64,000 nt of DNA from a virus. Lineage: Duplodnaviria; Caudoviricetes. The notes below the pieces were generated by a model. That model was not told the DNA's origin and made no database searches. It was given only the letters and a program-made list of their open reading frames with translations. Location: positions 1 to 64,000 of the IMG/VR virus record IMGVR_UViG_2928595623_000002. One strand, 5' to 3'. This document shows, piece by piece, positions 47,301 through 55,501 of the stretch; position 1 is the stretch's first letter, and the number at the start of each line of letters is the position of its first letter. Position numbers and translations under genes: made by a program.

Positions 47301-48125
47301 AACGGCACGATCATGACGCGGGAAAATGCTGAAACAATTTCGGCTCTTAAAACGCATTCGCTGAACACGGCGACGACGTCGTCTGACTATTTGTTGTTTA
47401 GACCGACAGATTATGCAGTCGGAAAGCCTGGACTTGCCGTAAATAAATCTTCGACGGCAACCGTCTGGAATATATCACTGTGGGATGGCGCAAGTACGGC
47501 TGGGACGATTAATTTCGGCTCCAGCGCTTTTTCAGCGGCGGGGGCCTATAACACCACGACGGCCAGCGCAGCCAATGTCAACGTCGCGTCGGATGGCACC
47601 TTGGCTCGCTCAACTTCATCGGAAAAGTACAAGATCGATATCGAGCCGATGGCAGACGAATGGGCAGACAAGGCGCTTGAACTGACGCCGATATGGTATC
47701 GATCGACCTGCGAAGGCGACAATAAGGATTGGTCCTGGTGGGGGCTTTCCGCCGAAGCGGTGGCTGAGGTCGACGCGCGGCTGGTGCACTGGAAAACGCA
47801 TGATGTCGTGCCGGTGCTGGTTGAAAAAGAAGTTCCCCGCGAAGAGCGTTATGTGGAGCAGGAACCCTGCACCATTCGTCTGCCGTCCATAAACGAAGAT
47901 GGCGAGGAGATCGAAGTCGAGGTGGAATCGACGCGCAACGTGCTGAAGACCCGCACCATCACCGAGACGGTGGAAGTGGTGGAAATGCAGACAATCGCGC
48001 TCGAACAGCCGGAACCTGAAGGCGTGGCTTATGAGCGGCTTGTCTGCCACCTGCTGTCGATCGTCAAGCGTCAAAACGAGCAGATCGCCAACCTAACCAC
48101 GCGCCTCGACGCCATCGGCGCGTAA
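44304..48125 (+). CDS. Tailspike/fibre with SGNH hydrolase and C-terminal S74-like chaperone
   Basis: GFGDSIT, NFGRGG, LGMNE, NHP; SSEKYK.DI...GL.AE.V. Confidence 0.85.
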   Translation: MGSVTDAFNEIYRDFVTDGVGSSGEHEPRKADIRTIGSTIESYVAANGGGGSGSSLQYKDAVRVFVTTNVNVSTGLENGDTLDGVTLATGDRVALGGQTNAAQNSVWVVVASGAASRASDMTASGHDLATVYVLEGTNAGKRVTYVPRTDGTIVIGTTEFDAVVTAKEDSTVTIQQVIGANSTPATGTDTSNDVVRVWGAAVTYDGFINRFRIFANADGEVRLRRFTKSGDTFTQVGGDISLSVVAGLNTFTRSSGALPLIEVNAGEYLGVYNRNGSALAYKTETGIGWYSGDGNVTTFTDSTLSTAQTLQCDFRIEQKPDNIFDEKLDDLDSLIGRGQQTIGLGRGLTPDTASGWVAKNTFIFRNPVIKSGRVQQMRIGCSSAGTFYFKRFTKSGDTFTQVGSDIPIQIGNGDIILNDADLPYIEVNAGEYLGFYRGNAGIVFNSDAAYASDPWYAASPAGNVSTLTDADTTSSFIQMRIHVQMGGISGVNKRLDLIEDSLSSEVRVEEYYNETVISASLVEDGLVAAVNVTTNRDGTEATYSNSVTFTAASVGTIRYDLLYLDGQAGTFGIIAGTERANDPTYFAAANTNSKYIPIFRVRVTDTALVALPLWRLADGVDRSVQNQVMLDRARNRGLLRRFRDKVARGEAVRIVGFGDSITAIQNADPSASTPNGVNRDVATKTDGYLTPKYGSDVLSAQTLYTSSTLGRGNDGGGSIHTRIGFNWSLVADLEARGYVLGSTLFYDNFGRGGKSSADAVSGGVATSWTTDAAALAGDLVVVALGMNERGDSATEARMAVVIDTFLAAGSDVVVMGVPRPRSGTLADWQYTNRVLARVAAYKGVAFINPASIADDRFIQALGFTSADICESNGSNHPGIRELARYGEQLVAHVLGEIDTYVPQKRTMRTDLNLFVDPADRTKQLEFIISGFSTATKRQYTFPNASGILGDLTSTQTFFNKTLPDNSTYFRDNSDLTKFGQFELSGISTSTTRILTWPNANGTIMTRENAETISALKTHSLNTATTSSDYLLFRPTDYAVGKPGLAVNKSSTATVWNISLWDGASTAGTINFGSSAFSAAGAYNTTTASAANVNVASDGTLARSTSSEKYKIDIEPMADEWADKALELTPIWYRSTCEGDNKDWSWWGLSAEAVAEVDARLVHWKTHDVVPVLVEKEVPREERYVEQEPCTIRLPSINEDGEEIEVEVESTRNVLKTRTITETVEVVEMQTIALEQPEPEGVAYERLVCHLLSIVKRQNEQIANLTTRLDAIGA

Positions 48126-48148
48126 GCGGACAACCAAGGAACAAGCCA

Positions 48149-48973
48149 ATGAACTTTTCCGGCACCGGGGAAACGCTCTCCGGAGACGATTTCGCACGCG
48201 CTGCAGCTTCGATCGGCTGCGATGAAAACGCAATCCGTGCTGTTACCGCTGTAGAGGCGCGTGGAAACGGTTTCGACAGCCAGAAGCGCCCAATCATCCT
48301 CACAGAGCCACACGTCTTCCACCGCGTTCTGAAGGCGAAAGACAGGGCCAAGCTTGATGAAGCTGTTTCGCTCGGTCTGGCCTATCCGGTATGGGGCACA
48401 AAGCCTTATCCTGGCACTCAGGACGCGCGCTACGCTCTGCTCGAGCGCATGATGACGGTGGACGAAGAAGCCGCTCTCATGGCCTGCTCATGGGGAATAG
48501 GGCAGGTGCTTGGCGAGAACTACAAGCTATGCGGTTTCCCGTCTGCTCGTGCGCTTGTGGAGAAGTGCATCGAAAGCGAAGGCGGTCAACTGGACGTGAT
48601 GGTAGCCTTCATCAAAGGCCGTGGTCTCGCGCGTCACCTTGCAGCGCATGATTGGCCGGCGTTTGCCTATGGCTACAACGGCTCCGGATACCGAAAGAAC
48701 GACTACGACGGCAAGCTAGCCCGCGCCTATGCGAAATACAAGGCAGGCACGTCTATTGCTGCCGACCCGCTCAAGGACGGGCTCCTGTCGATCGGCGACA
48801 AAGGCGATGCGGTGAAGGCGCTCCAGATCGCGCTTGGCATCGGGGCGGATGGTGATTTCGGAAAACTGACAGATCAGGCCGTCAAGGCTTTCCAGAAAGA
48901 ACATGGACTGCTTGTCGACGGCAAGGTCGGCAAGATCACCGGGCGAATGCTCGGTCTCACCTATTGGAACTGA
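48149..48973 (+). CDS. Endolysin (DUF3380-type muramidase + peptidoglycan-binding domain)
   Basis: AVEARG; SWGIGQVLG.N; FAYGYNG; DGDFG..T..AVKAFQ. Confidence 0.92.
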   Translation: MNFSGTGETLSGDDFARAAASIGCDENAIRAVTAVEARGNGFDSQKRPIILTEPHVFHRVLKAKDRAKLDEAVSLGLAYPVWGTKPYPGTQDARYALLERMMTVDEEAALMACSWGIGQVLGENYKLCGFPSARALVEKCIESEGGQLDVMVAFIKGRGLARHLAAHDWPAFAYGYNGSGYRKNDYDGKLARAYAKYKAGTSIAADPLKDGLLSIGDKGDAVKALQIALGIGADGDFGKLTDQAVKAFQKEHGLLVDGKVGKITGRMLGLTYWN

Positions 48974-48988
48974 GAAAGGATAGATCCA

Positions 48989-49165
48989 ATGTCTGAAATT
49001 GAACAGGTAGCACGAATTATCCTGTACACTGTTGGCGGCTCAATTATGGGCGCCGGCTTCATGGACAGTGCGCAGGGCCAGACGCTTCTCGGCGCATGTG
49101 TGGCGCTTGTTTCTGTCGGCTGGTGGTACATTCGCCAGCGTCAGGACAAGGCATCGAAAAAGTAA
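48989..49165 (+). CDS. Putative holin (58 aa, not in ORF track)
   Basis: Two TM segments, basic C-terminus, AAGGA RBS. Confidence 0.65.
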   Translation: MSEIEQVARIILYTVGGSIMGAGFMDSAQGQTLLGACVALVSVGWWYIRQRQDKASKK

Positions 49166-49180
49166 CGGAAAGGCTACGAC

Positions 49181-49513
49181 ATGACGAACGAAGAAATCAT
49201 TGCTGCCGGCGTCAACGCTCACATGCTTCTCGACGCCGCGCTTACGAAGGCATACAATCAGGCTCAACGCCTTATTGACCTGACCGAGAAGGGTGCCGCT
49301 GCCGGCTTGGCAAAGCCGCTCAAGAGCAAAAGACTTATCCATATGTCTCGTGAACTTGCGGGTGCCATCGCAACAGCCGGTCGCCTTAGTGCTAATCTTC
49401 ACATCGAACAGACAGCAATCGCAAAGGCAAACGGCATCGACACAGGATCGCTTACAATCGTTGCCGGCGTTGAGCTTCCGTCTGTGTCTGTAATGGGTGG
49501 CGGGGACCGGTAA
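49181..49513 (+). CDS. Hypothetical helical protein
   Basis: ORF in lysis cassette ending GGGDR. Confidence 0.65.
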   Translation: MTNEEIIAAGVNAHMLLDAALTKAYNQAQRLIDLTEKGAAAGLAKPLKSKRLIHMSRELAGAIATAGRLSANLHIEQTAIAKANGIDTGSLTIVAGVELPSVSVMGGGDR

Positions 49514-49514
49514 A

Positions 49515-50000
49515 ATGAGCGTGTGGCAGTTCTATCTAGCTATCGGCGCGCTTGTAGCGCTTGCGCTTTCTTATCGCATCCCACGGGCGTTTCTGTGGGT
49601 TTGTGCTATGGCGCTATCGTTCATTGCGTCCGTCGCGTGGCAACGATCAGAACTGCCATATTACCCTGCTGCCGTGCTTGCATTCGATGCAATGGTCTGC
49701 CTCCTTATCGACGCCTTCGCAAAAGAGCGCTGGGAGGCAATGCTTTTCAACGTGTACCGAATTTCTGTCGGTATTTCCATCTTACGGTTGTTTAGCATTA
49801 TCGACAATACAACTCTTTATGTGGTAACGCTAGAGTTGTGCAACTGGGCTGCTTTGGCTGTCGTCATCGGCACGTCTCTCTTGCGACGGGGGCCGGTGTA
49901 TGGAAATTCTCTATGGGATCGCTGGAATAGCTATATTCGCCGGGCTTACACTTATCTACGCGCGCCTCGTTCGGCGGACCACTGGTTCAAGGTCCGCTAA
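49515..50000 (+). CDS. Multi-pass membrane protein
   Basis: About 5 hydrophobic segments. Confidence 0.7.
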   Translation: MSVWQFYLAIGALVALALSYRIPRAFLWVCAMALSFIASVAWQRSELPYYPAAVLAFDAMVCLLIDAFAKERWEAMLFNVYRISVGISILRLFSIIDNTTLYVVTLELCNWAALAVVIGTSLLRRGPVYGNSLWDRWNSYIRRAYTYLRAPRSADHWFKVR

Positions 50001-50002
50001 AG

Positions 50003-50287
50003 ATGCTTCCAGAAACAGTCGTCGCTAAAATGTTCGGAGCTTTTTCAGGCTCCGTGATCGCTCTGATATTCATCCCGCCGAAAACACTTATCGGCTTCTT
50101 TCGCCGCGGTGCCGTCTCTCTGATCGTCGGGCCGATCGCATCGCCTGTCGTTCTAAACTGGCTTGAATGGCCGGCGAACTTTGATAACTTCGTTGCTTCG
50201 GCGGCGATCGCTTCTTTTGCGTCGTGGTGGCTGCTTGGCGCTGTTTTAGCGGCACTCAAGAAGGCTATCGAGACGAAAGCTGAATAG
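50003..50287 (+). CDS. Holin-like membrane protein (DUF6107-like)
   Basis: AK..GA..GS.I.L....PK; F.SWW.LG. Confidence 0.65.
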   Translation: MLPETVVAKMFGAFSGSVIALIFIPPKTLIGFFRRGAVSLIVGPIASPVVLNWLEWPANFDNFVASAAIASFASWWLLGAVLAALKKAIETKAE

Positions 50288-50297
50288 AGCGAGGACG

Positions 50298-50327
50298 ACC
50301 GGTGGCGCGAATGCCGCCGGTTTTTTT
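50298..50327 (+). terminator. Late operon intrinsic terminator
   Basis: accggtggc-gcgaat-gccgccggt followed by T-tract. Confidence 0.85.
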
Positions 50328-50577
50328 ATGTCTCTATCGGCTGTTGCGGCGGCGAAATGGTGATGCTGACCTTGCGGCCACCGCATGCGCTGCATTTGAG
50401 CTTAGACGTGAGCCCATCAGCCAGTGCCGGGTGATCGCGGCCAAGCCGTCCTGCCAATGCTGGCAGGTCCAACTCCTTCGACCGTCCGCAGCCCTGTGCC
50501 TGGCAATGGGCGTAGATGCCATAGCCGCGATCAATGAGGCTGCCCAGTGTATCCATGGTGATCGGGTATTTCACCAT
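50326..50577 (-). CDS. Zn-finger small protein
   Basis: C....C ... CSACG. Confidence 0.7.
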   Translation of the reverse strand: MVKYPITMDTLGSLIDRGYGIYAHCQAQGCGRSKELDLPALAGRLGRDHPALADGLTSKLKCSACGGRKVSITISPPQQPIET

Positions 50578-50734
50578 AGGCCAATTGCCTCACCGATGCG
50601 TAGCGCAATAGCAGTTATAGACACCAAGACCATCAATGCTGTCGTAACCCGTGTCATAGCATAGCCGATCGTTTAGCAATTGACATCTCGCCTTCCTATG
50701 TGCTTCGTTCTCGCCACACAGGCGAGGGGATTCC

Positions 50735-51112
50735 ATGGTTGACAAAGTCGAGATCACAGATCCGTTTAAAGTAGATCCTACACTAAGAGACAAGCCCGCG
50801 AAACAGCTAGAGCATGAAATCACTCTTCGGCAGATGGCTCTTGAAGAGCGCAGGCGTGAAGAGAGAAAGAAAGAGCTTGAAGCACTCGTTAACAAGCTCA
50901 ATGCCGCTCAATACACGTTTCTAGATGCTATGCGCGTACTTGATGACAACGGCCTTTTGCCAGATGCTGTAAAAGCCGCGTATACGACCGCAGGCGGCGT
51001 TTTCGCTCCACATTTGAAGCACCGTGCCGTTGACGCCGATCGCTTGCTCACGAGGCAGGAAAAGGCAGATAAGCCTAAGCGCCCGAGAGTGCCTAGGAAG
51101 CCTAAAGGCTAG
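50735..51112 (+). CDS. Coiled-coil hypothetical protein (moron)
   Basis: Upstream TTGACA at 50680; basic tail. Confidence 0.6.
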   Translation: MVDKVEITDPFKVDPTLRDKPAKQLEHEITLRQMALEERRREERKKELEALVNKLNAAQYTFLDAMRVLDDNGLLPDAVKAAYTTAGGVFAPHLKHRAVDADRLLTRQEKADKPKRPRVPRKPKG

Positions 51113-51500
51113 CTTCAATCACTTCTACGCCAGCAACCCTAGCGCGGCTTACCATGTCGGCAGTGCCGCGCCCACCTGGGAAAGCAACGACTAAATCAGG
51201 CTTGTACTCATCAAGCATTTTCTGATTGCGCATCGGTCCGGCTGCCTTGCCGTATTTGCTCCAGTCCGCTATCTCAGTGAGGCATGAGACCATTTTTCTC
51301 TCTGCCCATGCTCTAGCGAGCGTGTCGGCTCCAGATGCGCCGCCATTGATTATACGCGTGATCTTTCTGTCTACATGTATGCAATCAAGCGTCTCATTGG
51401 CTAGGCGCATTTCAGCGCGCACTCTCTTACGCTTATCGTCGGTTGCAGCAGGCGGGTAAACGCCGAAATGCCTCCCGCCGCATACTAGCACTTTCGTCAT
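51102..51500 (-). CDS. YspA/SLOG-family (DUF2493-like) protein
   Basis: VLVCGGR; GGASGAD; AAGPMRNQKM; AFPGGRGTADM. Confidence 0.88.
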   Translation of the reverse strand: MTKVLVCGGRHFGVYPPAATDDKRKRVRAEMRLANETLDCIHVDRKITRIINGGASGADTLARAWAERKMVSCLTEIADWSKYGKAAGPMRNQKMLDEYKPDLVVAFPGGRGTADMVSRARVAGVEVIEASL

Positions 51501-51544
51501 TCCTCAGCCTCCTTGGCTCGTGCAATTATTCGCTTAGCAGCACC

Positions 51545-52024
51545 TCAAGCGCCGCCTTGATCTTCACAGCCTTCAAAGCACTCATTCACGCGGCGTTCGA
51601 AATCTGTTTGGGCGATCGCCTCTAGTGCGGGAAGGTCGAACTGAGCATTTTCTTCCGCATAGAAAATAGCGTCTGACCCAATGTACACAGACCCATGCCG
51701 CCAAATGATGTATGTTCCAATCGGCGTGGTAGCCTTGGCGGCGTAAAAAGATTCAGGATCGTTGTCGTATTTCCATTCCAGTTGCTTTATTCTCATTTCG
51801 TCATTCATCAGCAATCTTTTCTCCATAAGCTTGCTGATCATGACGTTGCGTTTCGCCGCCCTAAGCAGAAGCTCCTTGGCTTCCGCCAGATAGCCTCCAT
51901 ACGTCCCATCCATGTCGCCGTTGATTTTACCGTCATGGAACTGGCGAAGCCTGCCATCAATAGATGCCCATGCTTCCGCAACTGCTTCTATGATTGATGC
52001 GTTCGGTTTATTGTCTGTCGTCAT
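51545..52024 (-). CDS. Hypothetical protein (possibly two fused ORFs)
   Basis: Internal RBS before the MRIKQLEW-like segment. Confidence 0.55.
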   Translation of the reverse strand: MTTDNKPNASIIEAVAEAWASIDGRLRQFHDGKINGDMDGTYGGYLAEAKELLLRAAKRNVMISKLMEKRLLMNDEMRIKQLEWKYDNDPESFYAAKATTPIGTYIIWRHGSVYIGSDAIFYAEENAQFDLPALEAIAQTDFERRVNECFEGCEDQGGA

Positions 52025-52266
52025 TCTAGGCCTCCTTGGCTTGTACAATTGTTTTGCTCATTTTCATAAACCTCTACCATCAGCTCTAGCGCCATAAGCG
52101 CACGTTCTCTCATAGAGTGTTGACTTGCCGGATAGCTCCCACTGGTCGTCCACGTCACGCTGCAGCCCGTTGGCTTGTGGTGCGCGCAATAAACCATGTC
52201 CCATCCACCTACGCCCATCCCGACACGCAAGTCATGACCAGTAATTTCTATATCTTCTCTTTGCAT
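52021..52266 (-). CDS. Small protein resembling a release-factor-like domain
   Basis: H.PTG..V....SQH..RE.AL..L. Confidence 0.5.
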   Translation of the reverse strand: MQREDIEITGHDLRVGMGVGGWDMVYCAHHKPTGCSVTWTTSGSYPASQHSMRERALMALELMVEVYENEQNNCTSQGGLE

Positions 52267-52414
52267 GATTTTTGCTCATTCCTAAGCCTACTTGGCTCTC
52301 CGAAAAAGTTAGGGGCTCAAACGCAATTCTATTTGGGATACAATGGCCATTTTTCGGCTTTTCCAGCAAAGGTGCGGGGCGCTAAGTTATTGGCCAGTAA
52401 AATGAATTTTACAG

Positions 52415-52429
52415 CCTCCGGGCCCACCA
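52415..52429 (+). other. attR core: duplicated tRNA 3' end CCTCCGGGCCCACCA
   Basis: CCA-ended acceptor strand without the rest of a tRNA; resembles alphaproteobacterial tRNA-Ile2/Met(CAT) ends; arm-like sites at 52307 and 52371. Confidence 0.75.
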
Positions 52430-52493
52430 TCACTTTGCTATTGCTTTGATTTCCTTAAAAAAATATATAATTCAGGGAGTTGCAGCCAGCTTC

Positions 52494-52516
52494 GGTTCCA
52501 ACATTGGTTCCAACAT
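52494..52516. repeat. GGTTCCAACAT x2, arm-type sites of a second integrative element
   Basis: Direct repeat between attR and the integrase fragment. Confidence 0.6.
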
Positions 52517-52538
52517 CTCCTATCTTCAGCGAAGATCG

Positions 52539-52670
52539 ATGTCGAAAGTCCCAGGACTGATCAGAAAGAAAAGTGCGTTCTTTTACGTTCGGCGGATCCC
52601 CGAAAACATCAGGCAGATATTCGGAAATAAGACCCAACTGACGCTTCCGCTGGGCACCTCGGATCCTCGT
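52539..52670 (+). pseudogene. Interrupted integrase N-terminus (DUF6538-like)
   Basis: FFYVRRIP...LGTSDPR, then an abrupt break. Confidence 0.75.
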
Positions 52671-52742
52671 TGTAGCTTGCCGCGATTTTCCGGAATTTTG
52701 ACACGAGGATCCGGACTTTTTGATTTTCCGGAGGGGTGTCAA
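52671..52742. repeat. Putative Mu-like terminus with transposase-binding repeats
   Basis: TGTAGC start; ttgccgcga, ttgacacga, inverted gggtgtcaa, each near TCCGGA; further ttgacgcg near 53465. Confidence 0.55.
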
Positions 52743-53428
52743 TATTCCGTTGGCATTGCGATCTTTTGTATCGCACTGAAAATCTCATTATAGACCGAAT
52801 TGCGATAGTAAAAAATGCCGCCGATTTTACTCGGCCTTCCGGAAGCTGTAAGCAATCCACGGGAAGAGAGCTCGTGAAGCCACTCGTAGCACTTAATCAA
52901 TGACACATCCTTTCCGGCATCCGCGAAGCTTGCTAACAGATCGTGAGCATCGATACATATCCAATAGCCATCGCACACATCCGACGCTTGATATATTTCG
53001 AATGCCCGCTCGCAGCGAGACAGCGCGACAAGATGTTCTCTCGGCAGCATTTCCAACTTTGAAGCCGCTCGACCGATCTTACCTACGTCAGCCGAAGCAA
53101 TGTCTCCCTCCAGATCACCCGCAATCAGTTTGGCTAGGACGCTGAGATTGTGGTCGTATTCACCTATCCGAATTTGTTCGAAGAAACGGTAAGCGGCCGG
53201 AACATAATAGCTCCATTTTTCATTCGACAATGCAGTCAAGCCGGTTCGAGAAATCTCTCCTATCAGCAATGCCTGACCCGCCTCCAATCGCTTTTGGATT
53301 GCAATGTCAGAAAGTGCTTTGATGACGCTAAGACCGGGAACAAACTCGGTCATGATCGCTGAGGTCACTTCGTAGATTTCGAATGCATGTTTGGTAGGCT
53401 GAGGAAGTTCAGTCAAACTATGCTCCAA
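52739..53428 (-). CDS. Hypothetical AT-rich helical protein with C-terminal wHTH-like segment
   Basis: 229-aa ORF; LHELSSRGLL. Confidence 0.65.
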   Translation of the reverse strand: MEHSLTELPQPTKHAFEIYEVTSAIMTEFVPGLSVIKALSDIAIQKRLEAGQALLIGEISRTGLTALSNEKWSYYVPAAYRFFEQIRIGEYDHNLSVLAKLIAGDLEGDIASADVGKIGRAASKLEMLPREHLVALSRCERAFEIYQASDVCDGYWICIDAHDLLASFADAGKDVSLIKCYEWLHELSSRGLLTASGRPSKIGGIFYYRNSVYNEIFSAIQKIAMPTEY

Positions 53429-53583
53429 ATGTAGGCTGTAGCCGAACGTGAAAATTTGCAGCTTTGACGCGCGAATCTGCAGTATTCGATTTCTGCAGCA
53501 GCCCTATCAAAGCCACTGTAAAGCCACATCGAAGAGCCATTGAAGGTTGATTTTGGAATAAACGTCACATGCTACGGCGGCGA

Positions 53584-53925
53584 TCAAACCATCAAATCGA
53601 AATCGACGAGGCGCACTTTTTCAACGCCATCCATTTCCACTGCGTTGCCGGAGCCTTCAGCCTGGGCAGTCACATGCTTGCCATCGCGATGTACCGTCCA
53701 GCCTAAATCGCGATCAAGAAACGCGACATCGTAGCCAGCCCCACCGTTCAGATAGACCGTATCTTTGGACGAAACAAGGAAGACATCTCTGCCAGCACTA
53801 CCATAGAGCAGGTCAACGCCGGAAAACGTAAAGAACACATCATTTCCATCGCCGCCGAACGAGAAATCATCTTTTCGGGTCGTGAAGACGAATTCGTCTG
53901 CTTTTGAGATCAGTTTGCCCAGCAT
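53584..53925 (-). CDS. Small RTX-type Ca-binding repeat protein
   Basis: GGDGNDVF, LYGSAGRDVF, LNGGAGYD. Confidence 0.7.
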   Translation of the reverse strand: MLGKLISKADEFVFTTRKDDFSFGGDGNDVFFTFSGVDLLYGSAGRDVFLVSSKDTVYLNGGAGYDVAFLDRDLGWTVHRDGKHVTAQAEGSGNAVEMDGVEKVRLVDFDLMV

Positions 53926-54030
53926 TGCCCCTCCCGCCACACCAAATGTGTGGATCTCGTTGGTCCGACATTTATGGGTTGTACCAGAGGAAAAGTAAAT
54001 GAAGGTTAACCATGCCGGACCTAAAGTCGC

Positions 54031-54279
54031 TCAATCGATCTTTGGTTCAAAACCGGGCGCCGAAGTCTGAAAGGCTGGGCTCGGGCCATAGTGCTGCCGG
54101 TCAGCCTTGTAGGTCAGTTCGAACTGGTTTTCCAACGCTGCCAAAATGGCTTTGGCAATTTCATCCTTGGCGGCCTGTTGGTCTGCCATGATCTTGCTCG
54201 CATAAGCCCGCTTTGTCGCCGGGGGTATCAACTGCAAGGCGGTCGAGATGTATAGGGTGGGATCGTCTGCCTTGCGCAT
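54031..54279 (-). CDS. Hypothetical protein
   Basis: GAGG RBS. Confidence 0.55.
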   Translation of the reverse strand: MRKADDPTLYISTALQLIPPATKRAYASKIMADQQAAKDEIAKAILAALENQFELTYKADRQHYGPSPAFQTSAPGFEPKID

Positions 54280-54331
54280 GGGTCGCCTCGAATCGAATTC
54301 GAGCCTCAGTTTAGGTCACTTTGAACGCCGT

Positions 54332-54547
54332 TTAAAACGGCGTCATGCGGTGGATCGCGCGGATGGCGGAAAGGAGGCTTGAAAGGCGCTCAAGGCGATC
54401 ATCAATCGAGCACAATGCGCCAATGGCGCTATTGCGTCGGCCTTCTTCCATATCCTGGGCGGCGAGGTCGATCCAGTTGGTGACGTCCTCTGCGTCCTGT
54501 TGCATAGCCTTGATGATCTGGGTGAAAGCTGCGGCGTTATTGGTCAT
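54332..54547 (-). CDS. Hypothetical protein
   Basis: AAGGAG RBS. Confidence 0.65.
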   Translation of the reverse strand: MTNNAAAFTQIIKAMQQDAEDVTNWIDLAAQDMEEGRRNSAIGALCSIDDRLERLSSLLSAIRAIHRMTPF

Positions 54548-54685
54548 CGGTCATCTCCTTGTTGATGGAGATACCATCGCTCCGGGCTGCGGTTTCAGCC
54601 AGCAAAGGCCTTCCGGTGTTGCCGCCAAAGTGAAAGGCTTTTGCTAGCTTCGGTCTGATATTGAAGACGTGAGCAAGAGTATTGC

Positions 54686-55501
54686 TCACCCCGAAATGAT
54701 CAGCTCACGCGCATCGGTGCTCTTGTTGTTATTGACCGTGTAGCGCAGGCGCACCTCCTGGATGTCGAAGGCCGAAAAGATCGTCCGGATCTCGGGAACA
54801 TCGTTGATGGAGAGAATGAACCGCCCCTTGATCCGCCCGAGGCGCTCGGCGATCGCAGCGAACTGATCGCGGTCGAAGATCTGCTTTCCGTAATCGTCCT
54901 CGCAGCCCCAATAGGGCGGGTCGAGGTAGAACAAGGTCTGCTCGCGGTCATATCGGTCGATGAACGGCGCCCAGTCCAGGCACTCGATCGTCACGCCGGA
55001 CAGGCGCTCGTGCACCTCTTCCAGCAAGGAGCCAAGGCGGGTGAGATTGAACCGGCTGCCGCGCTCCAGGGAGACGCCGAAGTTTTGGCCGACAGCCTTA
55101 CCGCCGAATGCCAGACGCTGGAGATAGAGAAACCGTGCAGCCCGCTCCAGATCGGTTAACGTCTCCGGGTTTGCAGCCTTGAGCCGTTCGAACTCGCGCC
55201 GGCTTGCGATCTGAAACCTCAGCGTATCCATGAACTGAGGATAATGGCGCTGAAGGATGCGAAACAGGTTTGCGACATCACCAGAGCGATCGTTGATGAC
55301 TTCGGTGCGAGGCGCTGCCCGGCGGCGAAAGAATATGCCACCCATCCCCACGAATGGCTCGCAATAGATCGCGTGCGGCACCTGTTCGATCATGGCGGTG
55401 ATGCGACCGGCCAGCGCGCGCTTGCCACCCAGCCAGGGTGCCGGCGGGCTCACGGGATCGATTTCACGATGAGAAAGAGCAGGGGAAAGTTCAGAAGCCA
55501 T
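54686..55501 (-). CDS. D12-class DNA adenine methyltransferase
   Basis: PWLGGK, EPFVGMG, EVIND, YLDPPY. Confidence 0.93.
   Translation of the reverse strand: MASELSPALSHREIDPVSPPAPWLGGKRALAGRITAMIEQVPHAIYCEPFVGMGGIFFRRRAAPRTEVINDRSGDVANLFRILQRHYPQFMDTLRFQIASRREFERLKAANPETLTDLERAARFLYLQRLAFGGKAVGQNFGVSLERGSRFNLTRLGSLLEEVHERLSGVTIECLDWAPFIDRYDREQTLFYLDPPYWGCEDDYGKQIFDRDQFAAIAERLGRIKGRFILSINDVPEIRTIFSAFDIQEVRLRYTVNNNKSTDARELIISG

Larger units (their letters stand above)
1..52429. mobile_element. Temperate lambdoid siphovirus prophage, near complete (attL just outside window)
   Basis: Integrase at left end; canonical order recombination-cI/cro-replication-antiterminator-terminase-head-tail-lysis; tRNA-3'-like attR at right end. 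Confidence 0.95.

Noticed and set aside
44304-48125. Diversity-generating retroelement or invertible tail-fibre cassette
   Set aside because: No reverse transcriptase, TR/VR pair or invertase; the internal repeat is a diverged domain duplication
52415-52429. Complete tRNA gene
   Set aside because: Only the last 15 nt are present; interpreted as attR
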